Shown here: positions 7,806 through 16,807 of the stretch, piece by piece
How positions within the stretch are numbered: the first letter of the stretch is position 1
Layout: each line of letters starts with the position of its first letter
Assembly: GCA_036265975.1 (NCBI GenBank)
Contig: DATAOD010000225.1
Coordinates: 1 to 60,217 of the forward strand
Direction: 5' to 3'
Length of the DNA stretch: 60,217 nt
Origin: Candidatus Limnocylindria bacterium
GTDB lineage: Bacteria; Chloroflexota; Limnocylindria; QHBO01
The notes under the pieces: generated by a model
Database searches by the model: none
What the model was told of the DNA's origin: nothing
The model's input: the letters and a program-made list of their open reading frames with translations, nothing else
Program-made: the position numbers and the translations under genes

Positions 7806-8810
7806 TTGATGCACCAGCCCACGCCGCGTGGACGTCTCCTCGCCACCATCATTGCCCTGGCCGTGCTGGCCAGCCTGGCCTTCACGCTGCCGGCCACCAC
7901 GCTCGCCTTCGGCGGCGACGGCCTAAGGGCCGCCGTGAACGAGTATCGAACGCACGCCGGTCTGGCGCCGGTGGTCGGCACCGAGCTGCTGGACGACATC
8001 GCCAGCCATCGGGCCAGCCAGATGGTGGCCGCGGATCGGCTGGAACACGACATCGACTACGTCACGCATCGGCTCAACCGCGCGGGCGTGTGCTGGAAGG
8101 GCGTGGGCGAGATCATCGCCTGGGAGCGCGGCTACCCGGAGCACGACTACGACCGCACCGTGCTGGCGTGGTGGAACTCACCCGACCACCACGAGATCAT
8201 GATGGGCGCCGACTACAACGCGGCCGGGGGAGCCTGGCGCAACGGTGACGGCGGCAGCCGCTACTCGGTCATGGTGTTCGCGGTCCTGTGCAGCGCCGCC
8301 ACCAGCGAGGTGAGCATCTCCTACCTCCGCCCGGAGCGACCCTACGATCCCGATCGGGCCCTGGTGGTCTGGAGTGGCAGGCATACCGGCTTCCGCTTCA
8401 GCGCCGACGGCAGCGTGGTGGCTCGCAGGACGGTCCGCTACGACCACCTTGCCTGGCGCAGCTCCGCCGGCAGGGCGTACGTCGGCGGCAAGGCCTTCCT
8501 GAAGGTCAGCAGTGGCGCGCTGAGCGGCTACTGGCTGCCTGAGCAGGCGAGCTCGCACGTGCGCGGCATGACCTACTTCCGCGCGTACTCGCCCACCCGT
8601 TCGATCGCCATGGACGCGGGCAGCTACCGCGGCTACCGCTTCACCTGGTACGGGCACGTCACCAAGTCCGTGAAGCGCAGCTATGACCACGACACGCACG
8701 CGCGCATCGACGCGCGCGCGATCATCAACGGGCGCGTCTACCTGCGCTTCGCGGGCGGCTGGCTGGACGGCTATTGGGTTCGCGGGTCGCCGTCCATCAG
8801 CTACCAGTGA
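7806..8810 (+). CDS. secreted CAP/SCP (YkwD-like) domain protein with 2 C-terminal repeat modules
   Basis: Signal/TM segment LLATIIALAVLASLAFTLPATTLA. CAP-type core: VNEYRTHAGLAPV..ASHRASQMV..LEHD..WWNSPDHHEIMMGADYNAAGGAW. The last 165 aa are two repeat modules. Confidence 0.75.
   Translation: MMHQPTPRGRLLATIIALAVLASLAFTLPATTLAFGGDGLRAAVNEYRTHAGLAPVVGTELLDDIASHRASQMVAADRLEHDIDYVTHRLNRAGVCWKGVGEIIAWERGYPEHDYDRTVLAWWNSPDHHEIMMGADYNAAGGAWRNGDGGSRYSVMVFAVLCSAATSEVSISYLRPERPYDPDRALVVWSGRHTGFRFSADGSVVARRTVRYDHLAWRSSAGRAYVGGKAFLKVSSGALSGYWLPEQASSHVRGMTYFRAYSPTRSIAMDAGSYRGYRFTWYGHVTKSVKRSYDHDTHARIDARAIINGRVYLRFAGGWLDGYWVRGSPSISYQ
8313..8807 (+). repeat. 2 tandem copies of the same ~80-aa module
   Basis: VVWSGRHTGFRFSADGSV..AYVGGKAFLKVSSGALSGYWLPEQASSHV / IAMDAGSYRGYRFTWYGHV..AIINGRVYLRFAGGWLDGYWVRGSPSISY. 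Confidence 0.75.
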
Positions 8811-8876
8811 GCCGCTGACGAGCCGATCGGCCGGCACGGCCGAACGCAGAGGCTTCCCGGCGTAGAATCGGCGGCA

Positions 8877-9608
8877 ATGTCAATCGCCACCGCTCGCCGT
8901 CCGGATGGACGCGCACCCGCCCAGCTGCGCCCGGTGAAGATCGTCGCCGACTACCTGAAGTTCGCGGAGGGCTCCGTGCTCATCCGCGTGGGCGACACCC
9001 GCGTGATCTGCGCAGTCACCATCGAGGATCGCGTCCCGGGCTGGATGCGCGGCAAGGGCACGGGCTGGGTCACCGCCGAATACAGCATGCTGCCGCGCGC
9101 CGGCACCGAGCGCAGCCAGCGCGAGGCGCACACCGGGCGTATCGGCGGCCGAACGCACGAGATCCAGCGGCTCATCGGCCGATCGCTGCGCGGCGTGGTG
9201 GACATGACCAAGCTCGGCGAGCGGACGGTCACCGTGGACTGCGACGTGATCCAGGCGGATGGCGGGACCCGCACCGCCAGCATCACCGGCGCGTACGTCG
9301 CGCTGGCACGCGCCCTGAAGAACTACGGCATGGGGCACCTGCTTACCGGCCAGGTGGCCGCGGTCAGCGTCGGCATGAGCGGCGGCGCCCCGCTGCTGGA
9401 CCTCAACTACGCCGAGGACTCCAGCGCCGACGTGGACATGAACGTGGTGATGACCGATGACGATCGCTTCATCGAGCTACAGGGCACGGCCGAGCACCGC
9501 GCCTTCGACCGCGCGCAGATGAACCAGATGATCGACCTGGCGGCCGCCGGCATCCGCCAGCTGTTCGAGGTGCAGCGGGCGGCCATCGACGCCCCGACCG
9601 CGGAGTGA
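8877..9608 (+). CDS. rph: ribonuclease PH
   Basis: 243 aa. [63 protein letters not shown]. Confidence 0.95.
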   Translation: MSIATARRPDGRAPAQLRPVKIVADYLKFAEGSVLIRVGDTRVICAVTIEDRVPGWMRGKGTGWVTAEYSMLPRAGTERSQREAHTGRIGGRTHEIQRLIGRSLRGVVDMTKLGERTVTVDCDVIQADGGTRTASITGAYVALARALKNYGMGHLLTGQVAAVSVGMSGGAPLLDLNYAEDSSADVDMNVVMTDDDRFIELQGTAEHRAFDRAQMNQMIDLAAAGIRQLFEVQRAAIDAPTAE

Positions 9609-10210
9609 CCGACCTGCTGCTGGCGACTGCCAACCGCGGCAAGCAGCGAGAGTTCGCCCGCCTGCTGGCAGACATCCCGGGGCGGCTCGTCTTCCCGCAG
9701 GACATCGGCCTCGACATGGATGTTCCGGAGCCGCATGACGCATACGCGGCCAACGCCGCCGCCAAGGCCGATGCCTACTGCCGCGCATCGGGCCTGCTGA
9801 CCCTCGCCGATGACTCCGGCATCGAGGTCGAGGCCCTGGAGTGGGGCCCCGGCGTCCGGACCGCGCGCTTCGGCGGGCCTGACGTGGAAGACCGGGTCGC
9901 GCTGCTGCTGGACGCCGTCGGCGATTCGGAGCGGCGCGCGGCGCGGATGGTGTGCGTGCTGGCGGTGGCCACGCCTTCCCCTCGCGATGGCGCGCCGCCG
10001 CGGATCGAGATCTTCTCCGGCGCAATGGACGGCGAGCTGGCGCGCGAGCGACGCGGCGCCGGTGGATTCGGCTACGACCCCGTCTTCCTGCTGCCGTCCG
10101 GCACCACCACCGCCGAGTTGCCGGACGGCGACAAGGACGCCATCTCGCACCGCGGACGAGCGGTGGCGGCCGCCATGCCCCGTCTGCGCGAGCTGCTGGC
10201 CGGCACGTGA
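9605..10210 (+). CDS. rdgB: dITP/XTP pyrophosphatase (RdgB/HAM1 family)
   Basis: [48 protein letters not shown] overlap with the rph stop. Confidence 0.9.
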   Translation: MTDLLLATANRGKQREFARLLADIPGRLVFPQDIGLDMDVPEPHDAYAANAAAKADAYCRASGLLTLADDSGIEVEALEWGPGVRTARFGGPDVEDRVALLLDAVGDSERRAARMVCVLAVATPSPRDGAPPRIEIFSGAMDGELARERRGAGGFGYDPVFLLPSGTTTAELPDGDKDAISHRGRAVAAAMPRLRELLAGT

Positions 10211-11742
10211 AGCTGCGGGCCCTGCTGCGCGGCTCGCTGCTCTACACGCTGGGCAACTTCCTGCCGCGCATCGGCGCCTTCCTGCTGCTGCCCGCCTACA
10301 CCGCGGCCATGGCGCCGTCCGAGTTCGGCGTCTACAGCCTGATGGTGTCGCTCATCGGCCTGCTGGCGATCGTGTACCGGCTGGGCCTGGACGGCGCCTT
10401 GCTCCGATTCCATTTTGACGTGGCGCCGCCGCGACGGCCGGCGCTCTACTTCAGCTCGACCGCCACCACGGTGGGCGCCGCGGTCGTCCTGTCGCTGGTG
10501 ATCGCGGCTGTCAGCGCGCCGTTCTTCTCGCGAATCTTTCCCGGCGTAGCGTTCTGGCCGTACGGCGTGCTGGCACTGACGATCACCGCGACCACCGCGC
10601 TGCAGTACGTGCCCGCCTCGCTCTTCCGCGCGCTGGAGCGGCCTGAGCTGTTCCTGGCCTTCGGCCTGGGCGTGTTCGGCCTGGGCAGCGCCGCCACGCT
10701 GCTCTTCCTGTTCGTCTTCCAGCGCGGGGCCGGCGGCGCGCTGGCCGGGCAGCTGGTCGGTGGCCTGGTGGTTGTTGCGGTGACCGCCTTCATCCTGCTG
10801 CGCATGCCGCGCCGCCGGTTCGACGTGGAGCTCATGCGGCGTTCGCTGCGCTTTGGCCTGCCGCTGCTGCCCCACGGCCTGGCGGGCTGGTCATTGAACT
10901 TCTCCGACCGCTGGCTGATGGGCCTGACCATCGGCCTGTCAACGATCGCCACGCAGGCGGCGGTTGGCATCTACTCGTTCGGCTACGTCATCGGACAGGC
11001 GGGCGCCCTGGTGGCGGTCTCCTTCAACGCGGCGTGGGTGCCGTTCTGGTACGCGCGCGGAGACGGCCCACGCGGCCCGCAGCTGCTGCGCGAGGCGACG
11101 ACTCTGGTCATGGCCGTCCTGGCGGTGCTTACCGTTGGCGTGGCCGCCTTTGCCCCGGAGCTGACCCGGCTGCTGGCCACCCGCCGCTGGGGCAATGACG
11201 CACTGGGCGCCATCGACGTGACCGTGATCGTGGCGTTCGCCTCGCTGGTGTACGGCCTTTATTTCATGGTCGTCTCGACCGTCTTCCTGCGCCGCACGAC
11301 GGCCGCGCTGCCGCTCATCACGCTTGCTGCCGGCGCGGTGAACGTGGCCTCCAACCTGCTGCTCATCCCCCGGCTGGGGATCATGGGGGCGGCCTGGTCG
11401 ACGCTTGCGGGCTACCTGGTGCTGGCCGGGCTGACCTGGTGGTACGGCGCGCGCACCTATCCGATCTCGCTGGACGTGCCGCGGCTCGGGCTGCTGGCGG
11501 TAGGGGCCGCCGCCGCGGTGGCCATCTCGCGCCTGTTGCGCCCGGAGGCGGTGGGCGTCTGGGTTGCCGGCCCGGCGCACGTCGGCGTGGCCATTGGCTT
11601 CGGCCTTCTGCTCATCCCGCTGCTGCTGGGTCCGCTGCGGAGTTTCCGGCAGCTGCTGGCCGACGAGCGGATTGAGGAGCGCGAGGCGCGGGACGCCCGG
11701 CAGGCCGCGGCTACAATGGGCCGCTCCGAGGAGCAGCCATGA
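10207..11742 (+). CDS. polysaccharide flippase (Wzx, MOP/PST superfamily)
   Basis: Start taken at the GTG (10207) that overlaps the rdgB stop; the ORF-track start at 9952 lies in an alternative frame of rdg[33 protein letters not shown].. followed by about 12-14 hydrophobic helices. Confidence 0.8.
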   Translation: MKLRALLRGSLLYTLGNFLPRIGAFLLLPAYTAAMAPSEFGVYSLMVSLIGLLAIVYRLGLDGALLRFHFDVAPPRRPALYFSSTATTVGAAVVLSLVIAAVSAPFFSRIFPGVAFWPYGVLALTITATTALQYVPASLFRALERPELFLAFGLGVFGLGSAATLLFLFVFQRGAGGALAGQLVGGLVVVAVTAFILLRMPRRRFDVELMRRSLRFGLPLLPHGLAGWSLNFSDRWLMGLTIGLSTIATQAAVGIYSFGYVIGQAGALVAVSFNAAWVPFWYARGDGPRGPQLLREATTLVMAVLAVLTVGVAAFAPELTRLLATRRWGNDALGAIDVTVIVAFASLVYGLYFMVVSTVFLRRTTAALPLITLAAGAVNVASNLLLIPRLGIMGAAWSTLAGYLVLAGLTWWYGARTYPISLDVPRLGLLAVGAAAAVAISRLLRPEAVGVWVAGPAHVGVAIGFGLLLIPLLLGPLRSFRQLLADERIEEREARDARQAAATMGRSEEQP

Positions 11743-12335
11743 GCGACGGTCCCGCGCGCATCCACCCGACCGCCGAGGTGGCTGCCGGTGCCGAGATCGG
11801 TCCCGGCACGCGCATCTGGAACCAGGCCCAGGTCCGCGAGGGCGCCCGTATCGGCGCCGATTGCATCATCGGCAAGAACGCCTACGTCGATGCCGGCGTG
11901 GTCGTGGGCGACCGCGTCAAGGTCCAGAACAACGCGAGCCTCTATCACGGCGTGACGGTGGAGGACGGGGTCTTCATCGGGCCGCATGCCTGCCTCACCA
12001 ACGATCGGCTGCCGCGCGCGGTCAACCCCGATGGCAGCCTGAAGTCCGATGCCGACTGGCAGGTGGCCCCGATCCTGGTGCGCGTCGGCGCGTCCATCGG
12101 GGCGGGCAGCACGGTGCTGGGTGGCCTGACCATCGGCCGATGGGCGATGGTGGGCGCGGGATCGGTGGTCACCCACGACGTGGCCGATCACGAGCTGGTC
12201 GCCGGCAACCCGGCTCGTCGGCGCGGCAGTGCATGCGTCTGCGGGCAGCCCCTGGCCGACGCAGCTGATGGCTCCCCCTTCAGCGGTGCCTGCCCGTCCT
12301 GCGGCCGGCGATTCCCGCCGGAGGCGGGCCTGTGA
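11739..12335 (+). CDS. wbpD: left-handed beta-helix N-acetyltransferase, WbpD/WlbB-type (UDP-GlcNAc3NA N-acetyltransferase), with C-terminal 4-Cys tail
   Basis: Hexapeptide repeats IHPTAEVAAGAEIGPGTRIWNQAQVREGARIGADCIIGKNAYVDAGVVVGDRVKVQNN. The context contains WbpA/B/E/I homologs. The tail is CVCGQPL..GACPSCGR. Confidence 0.75.
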   Translation: MSDGPARIHPTAEVAAGAEIGPGTRIWNQAQVREGARIGADCIIGKNAYVDAGVVVGDRVKVQNNASLYHGVTVEDGVFIGPHACLTNDRLPRAVNPDGSLKSDADWQVAPILVRVGASIGAGSTVLGGLTIGRWAMVGAGSVVTHDVADHELVAGNPARRRGSACVCGQPLADAADGSPFSGACPSCGRRFPPEAGL

Positions 12336-13429
12336 GGATCGTGACCATCGTCGGTGCCCGTCCCCAGTTCATCAAGGCGGCGCCGGTCAGCCGCCAGCTG
12401 CGGCGGAGGCACCAGGAGGTCCTGGTGCACACCGGCCAGCACTACGACGACGCCATGAGCGCCGCCTTCTTCCGCGAGCTGGAGCTACCTGACCCTGACC
12501 TCAACCTGGACATCGGCAGCGGGTCGCACGGCGAGCAGACCGGGGAGATGCTGCGGGCGCTGGAACCGGTCCTGATGGAGCACGAGCCCGATGGCGTGCT
12601 GGTCTACGGCGACACGAATTCGACCCTGGCCGGCGCCCTGGCTGCGGCGAAGATCGCCTTTCCCGGAGGCCGCCGGCCGTGGCTGGCGCACGTGGAGGCC
12701 GGCCTGCGCTCGTTCAACCGCGCCATGCCGGAGGAGCGCAACCGGGTGGTGGCCGACCACCTGGCCGATCTGCTCCTGGCCCCGACGCCGGCCGCCGCGA
12801 CGCAGCTGGGCCGCGAGGGGCTTGGCAAGCGGACGGTCCTGGTAGGCGACGTGATGGCCGATGCCGTGGACTGGGCCGCGGACCGGGCCGATATGCACCT
12901 GCCTGCATTGGCCGCGGAACGGCCAGGCTACGTGCTGCTAACGCTCCATCGCGCAGAGAACGTGGACGATCCGCAACGCCTGGCCGCGTGGCTGGCAACG
13001 CTGCCCGGCGACCGGCCCGTGCTGTGGCCGGTCCACCCGCGGACGGCGGCGGTGCTGCGCGACGGCGGGGTGCAGCCGCCCGCGGGCGTCACAGCCATCG
13101 ATCCGGTGGGCTACCTGGCCATGCTGGCGCTGGAGCGGGCGGCGGCACTGATCGCCACCGATTCGGGAGGGGTCCAGAAAGAGGCATACCTGGCCGGCAC
13201 GCCGTGCGTCACGCTGCGCGGCGAGACCGAATGGGTGGAGACGGTGGAGGCGGGCTGGAACCGGGTGGCCGGCGACGACCCGGAGGCGGTGCGGAGCGCC
13301 CTTGCCGACGCAGCCTTCATGGACCGCTCGCGGCCGCGGGCGCAGCTGTACGGCGACGGCCACGCGGCTGAACGCGTCGTCGCGGCCCTCGAGGCGCTCG
13401 GGGAGCGGCTTGGCGGAGGCAGCGCATGA
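12332..13429 (+). CDS. wbpI: UDP-N-acetylglucosamine(uronate) 2-epimerase, non-hydrolysing (WecB/WbpI-type)
   Basis: MRIVTIVGARPQFIKAAPVSRQL..VHTGQHYD..DLNLDIGSGSHGEQTG..VYGDTNSTLAG. Confidence 0.85.
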   Translation: MRIVTIVGARPQFIKAAPVSRQLRRRHQEVLVHTGQHYDDAMSAAFFRELELPDPDLNLDIGSGSHGEQTGEMLRALEPVLMEHEPDGVLVYGDTNSTLAGALAAAKIAFPGGRRPWLAHVEAGLRSFNRAMPEERNRVVADHLADLLLAPTPAAATQLGREGLGKRTVLVGDVMADAVDWAADRADMHLPALAAERPGYVLLTLHRAENVDDPQRLAAWLATLPGDRPVLWPVHPRTAAVLRDGGVQPPAGVTAIDPVGYLAMLALERAAALIATDSGGVQKEAYLAGTPCVTLRGETEWVETVEAGWNRVAGDDPEAVRSALADAAFMDRSRPRAQLYGDGHAAERVVAALEALGERLGGGSA

Positions 13430-14529
13430 TCCCGATCGCGCGACCGCAGCTCGGGGAGGAGGAGCGCGACGCGGTCTGGGAGGTGATGCGCTCCGGCCTG
13501 CTGGCGCAGGGCGCGCGGGTCCGCGAGCTGGAGGAGCGCTTCGCGGCCATGGTGGGAGTCGACCACGCGGTGGCGGTCAGCAGCGGCACGGCGGCGCTGC
13601 ACCTGGCGTTGCTGGGCCACGGCATCGGCCCCGGCGACGAGGTCGTCACGGTGCCCTTCACGTTCATTGCCAGCGCCAACAGCATCCTGTACACCGGGGC
13701 GCGGCCGGCGTTCGTGGACGTGAACGAGGATGACTTCTGCATGGCCGTGGACCAGGTGGAGGCGGCCATCACGCCACGCACCATGGCGATCATGCCGGTC
13801 AGCCTGTTCGGGCAGCCAGCCGACCTGCCGGCGATCGCCGACATCGCGGATCGCCACGGCCTGGTCCTGGTGGAGGATGCGGCGCAGAGCCACGCCGCCA
13901 CCATCGGCAACCGAGTGAGCGGCAGCTGGGGCGCCGGCTGCTTCAGCTTCTACCCGACCAAGAACATGACCACCGGTGAGGGCGGCATGCTGACTACCGA
14001 TGACGCCGCCCTGGCCGACCGGGTGCGCCTCCTGCGCGAGCACGGCATGCGCGAGCGCTACCACCACGAGTCGCTGGGCTACAACTTCCGCATGACCGAT
14101 ATCAACGCCGCCATCGGCCTGGCGCAGCTCCACAAGCTGCCCGCCCTCACCGCCCGACGGCGCGAGATCGCGGCGCGCTATGACGCGGAGCTGCGCGGCG
14201 TGACCATCCCGAGGGTGCGCGAAGGCGTGACCCACGTCTACCACCAATACACGCTGCGCGTGCCGCAGCGCGATCAGTTCGCGGCACGCCTTGCCGAGCG
14301 GGGGGTGGGCAGCGGCATCTATTACCCGATCCCGGTCCATCGCCAGGCCGCGTTCGCGCCGCTGGGCTACGGGACGCAGTCCTACCCGGTCAGCGAGCTG
14401 CTGGCCGACGAGGTGCTGTCGATCCCCGTCCACGCATCCCTGACCAATGACGAGGTCGCCACCGTGATCGGCGCGGTCAACGCGGTTGCGGTCGAGCTGG
14501 GCGAGCTTGGCCAGCAGGTGCCGGCGTGA
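13426..14529 (+). CDS. wbpE: DegT/DnrJ/EryC1/StrS-family PLP aminotransferase (WbpE-type)
   Basis: IPIARPQLGEEE..VSSGTAALHLAL..FTFIASAN..SFYPTKNMTTGEGGML (PLP Lys). Confidence 0.8.
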   Translation: MIPIARPQLGEEERDAVWEVMRSGLLAQGARVRELEERFAAMVGVDHAVAVSSGTAALHLALLGHGIGPGDEVVTVPFTFIASANSILYTGARPAFVDVNEDDFCMAVDQVEAAITPRTMAIMPVSLFGQPADLPAIADIADRHGLVLVEDAAQSHAATIGNRVSGSWGAGCFSFYPTKNMTTGEGGMLTTDDAALADRVRLLREHGMRERYHHESLGYNFRMTDINAAIGLAQLHKLPALTARRREIAARYDAELRGVTIPRVREGVTHVYHQYTLRVPQRDQFAARLAERGVGSGIYYPIPVHRQAAFAPLGYGTQSYPVSELLADEVLSIPVHASLTNDEVATVIGAVNAVAVELGELGQQVPA

Positions 14530-15536
14530 CCTCGGGCGAATCCGGGCGCCTGCTGCGCGCCGGGGTCATCGGCCTGGGGAGCATGGGCCAGCACCACGCA
14601 CGCGTGTGGGCCTCGCTGTCCGGCGTTGAGCTGGTGGCCGTGGCCGACCCGCGCCAGGACGTCCTGCAGCGGGCGCTCTCCGCCACCGCCGCGCAGGGTC
14701 ACACGAACGCCATGGACATGCTGCGCGACGAGCGCCTGGACGTGGTCAGCGTGGCCGCGCCGACGTCGCTGCACTGCCAGCTGACCGTGGCCGCGCTGCG
14801 GGCCGGCGCGCACGTGCTGGTGGAGAAGCCCATCGCCGCCGACCGCGAAGAGGCGCACGTCATGATGGACGCCGCCGCCGAGTCAGAACGGCTGCTGACG
14901 GTGGGCCATGTCGAGCGCTTCAACCCGGCCATCGTCGAGCTGCGGCGGCGCCTGGCGGCCGGCGAGCTGGGCCGCGTCTTCGAGATCCGCGCCGAGCGGC
15001 TCGGCCCGTTTCCGGATCGGATCCGCGACGTGGGCGTGGTCGTCGACCTGGCGCCGCACGACCTGGACGTGATGCGCTTCCTGCTCGGCTCGAATCCCGT
15101 GCGCGTCTACGCCGAGACCGAGCAGCGCATCCACACCGACCACGAGGACCTCTTCGCGGGCGTCATGAAGTTCGAGGACGGGACGGTGGGCCTGCTGGAC
15201 ATCAACTGGCTGACGCCCACCAAGCAGCGACGCCTGACCGTCACCGGCGAGCGCGGCATGTTCGTCGCCGACTACCTGACCCAGGAGCTCACCTTCTACG
15301 CCAACTCGTCTGACGGATCGGTGTCCGCCGGGCCGGCCGAGGCCTGCCCGATCGAGCACCGGGAGCCCCTGCTGGTCGAGCTGGAGGCATTCGCCGATGC
15401 GATCCGCGCCGGCGGCCCCCCACCGGTCGACCCGCGCGAGGCGCTGGTCGCGCTGCTGTTGGCACGGGCCATGGTCGAGGCCGCCAACAGCGGGATGGCG
15501 CTGAGCGGTGAATCGCTGGCCGCGGTGCTCACATGA
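14526..15536 (+). CDS. wbpB: Gfo/Idh/MocA-family oxidoreductase (WbpB-type UDP-GlcNAcA 3-dehydrogenase)
   Basis: LRAGVIGLGSMGQHHARV..VLVEKPIA. Positioned between WbpE-like and WbpA-like genes. Confidence 0.75.
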   Translation: MTSGESGRLLRAGVIGLGSMGQHHARVWASLSGVELVAVADPRQDVLQRALSATAAQGHTNAMDMLRDERLDVVSVAAPTSLHCQLTVAALRAGAHVLVEKPIAADREEAHVMMDAAAESERLLTVGHVERFNPAIVELRRRLAAGELGRVFEIRAERLGPFPDRIRDVGVVVDLAPHDLDVMRFLLGSNPVRVYAETEQRIHTDHEDLFAGVMKFEDGTVGLLDINWLTPTKQRRLTVTGERGMFVADYLTQELTFYANSSDGSVSAGPAEACPIEHREPLLVELEAFADAIRAGGPPPVDPREALVALLLARAMVEAANSGMALSGESLAAVLT

Positions 15537-16807
15537 AGGTCGCCGTGGTCGGGCTGGGCCAGATTGGCCTGCCGCTGGCCGTGCAGTACGCCTCGCGCGG
15601 GCACACCGTCACCGGCTGCGACGTGGACCCTGACGTGGTCGCGGCCGTGAACGGCGGGCGGCCGCCGCATCCCGGCGAGGCGGAGGTGGACGAGCGTCTG
15701 CCGCAGCTGGTCGCGGATGGGCTGCTGACCGCCACCACCGATGATCGCGACGGGGTGGCGGGGGCCGATGTGGTGGTGGTCATCGTGCCAGTGGCCGTTG
15801 ATGCGGAGCGCCAGGTCGATTTCGGAGCGATCGATGCGGCCACACGCGAGGTCGGGAGCGGCATCGGCTCCGGCACGCTGGTCATCTTCGAGACGACGCT
15901 GCCGGTGGGCACGACGCGCGACCGCCTGGCGCCGCTCCTCGCGCGGGCAAGCGGCCTGACCCCGGAGCGCGATCTGTTCGTGGCGTTCTCGCCGGAGCGC
16001 GTGCTGGTCGGCCGGGTGCTGGCCGACCTGCGCCGCTACCCGAAGGTCGTGGCCGGCATCGGCCCCGAATCGACGGCGCGTGCCCGGGCCTTCTACGAGG
16101 CTGCCCTGGACCCCGGCACCGAGATCCGGGTCGTGTCGAGCACGGAGGCGGCCGAGATGACGAAGCTGGCGGAGACGACCTACCGCGACGTGAACATCGC
16201 GCTCGCCAACGAGTACGCCCGCTACGCAGCGGAGCGCGGGATCGACGTGATCGAGGTCATCGACGCGGCGAACTCGCAGCCGTACAGCCACGTGCACCGC
16301 CCGGGCGTCGGCGTGGGCGGGCACTGCATCCCGGTCTACCCCTACTTCCTCTTCGCCGATTCACCCGACATGCAGCTGCCGCGCGTGGCGCGACAGGTGA
16401 ACGACGGCATGGCGCAGTGGGCGGTGGCGGCCGCCGAAAGGAGTCTTGGCAGCCTGCGGGATCAGCCCGTGCTGGTGCTGGGTGTTGCCTACCGTGGCGA
16501 CGTGCGCGAGGACGCCTTCAGCTCCGCCTACGCCCTGCGCGACGCCCTGCACGTCGCCGGCGCACGGGTCCACGGCCACGACCCGCACTACACCGACGAG
16601 GAGCTGGCGGCGCGCCGCTTCGTCCCCTGGCAGCTCGACGCGGGGACGCAGATCAAGGCCGCGTTCCTGCAGGCGGACCACGCCGCGTATCGCGACCTGG
16701 ACCTGGGCGGGATTCCGGGCCTGGAGCTGGTGATTGATGGGCGAAACGCGCTGGACCCGGCCGCCGTGCGCGCTGCCGGCGTGCAGTACGTGGGCATCGG
16801 CCGATGA
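15533..16807 (+). CDS. wbpA: UDP-N-acetyl-D-glucosamine 6-dehydrogenase (nucleotide-sugar dehydrogenase, WbpA/WecC-type)
   Basis: MKVAVVGLGQIGLPLA..FSPERV..GVGGHCIPVYPYF..VLGVAYRGDVRE. Confidence 0.85.
   Translation: MKVAVVGLGQIGLPLAVQYASRGHTVTGCDVDPDVVAAVNGGRPPHPGEAEVDERLPQLVADGLLTATTDDRDGVAGADVVVVIVPVAVDAERQVDFGAIDAATREVGSGIGSGTLVIFETTLPVGTTRDRLAPLLARASGLTPERDLFVAFSPERVLVGRVLADLRRYPKVVAGIGPESTARARAFYEAALDPGTEIRVVSSTEAAEMTKLAETTYRDVNIALANEYARYAAERGIDVIEVIDAANSQPYSHVHRPGVGVGGHCIPVYPYFLFADSPDMQLPRVARQVNDGMAQWAVAAAERSLGSLRDQPVLVLGVAYRGDVREDAFSSAYALRDALHVAGARVHGHDPHYTDEELAARRFVPWQLDAGTQIKAAFLQADHAAYRDLDLGGIPGLELVIDGRNALDPAAVRAAGVQYVGIGR

Noticed and set aside
8827-8843. Hairpin TCGGCC-ggcac-GGCCGA after the CAP-domain gene as an intrinsic terminator. 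A similar hairpin, GCGCTTG-N12-CAAGCGC, follows glnA near 31283-31308.
   Set aside because: The stems are short (6-7 bp) and lack a following T-run, so they are plausible but unsupported. I did not list them as features.
9952-10206. N-terminal extensions proposed by the ORF track (9952 for wzx, 19348 for mazG, 29472 for glnA, 35503 for the aminotransferase, 36849 for the dehydratase, 55255 for the aldolase).
   Set aside because: The extensions overlap the preceding gene in another frame or cross the intergenic leader, and they translate to low-complexity sequence. Internal ATG/GTG starts give canonical N-termini and typical 4-nt overlaps.
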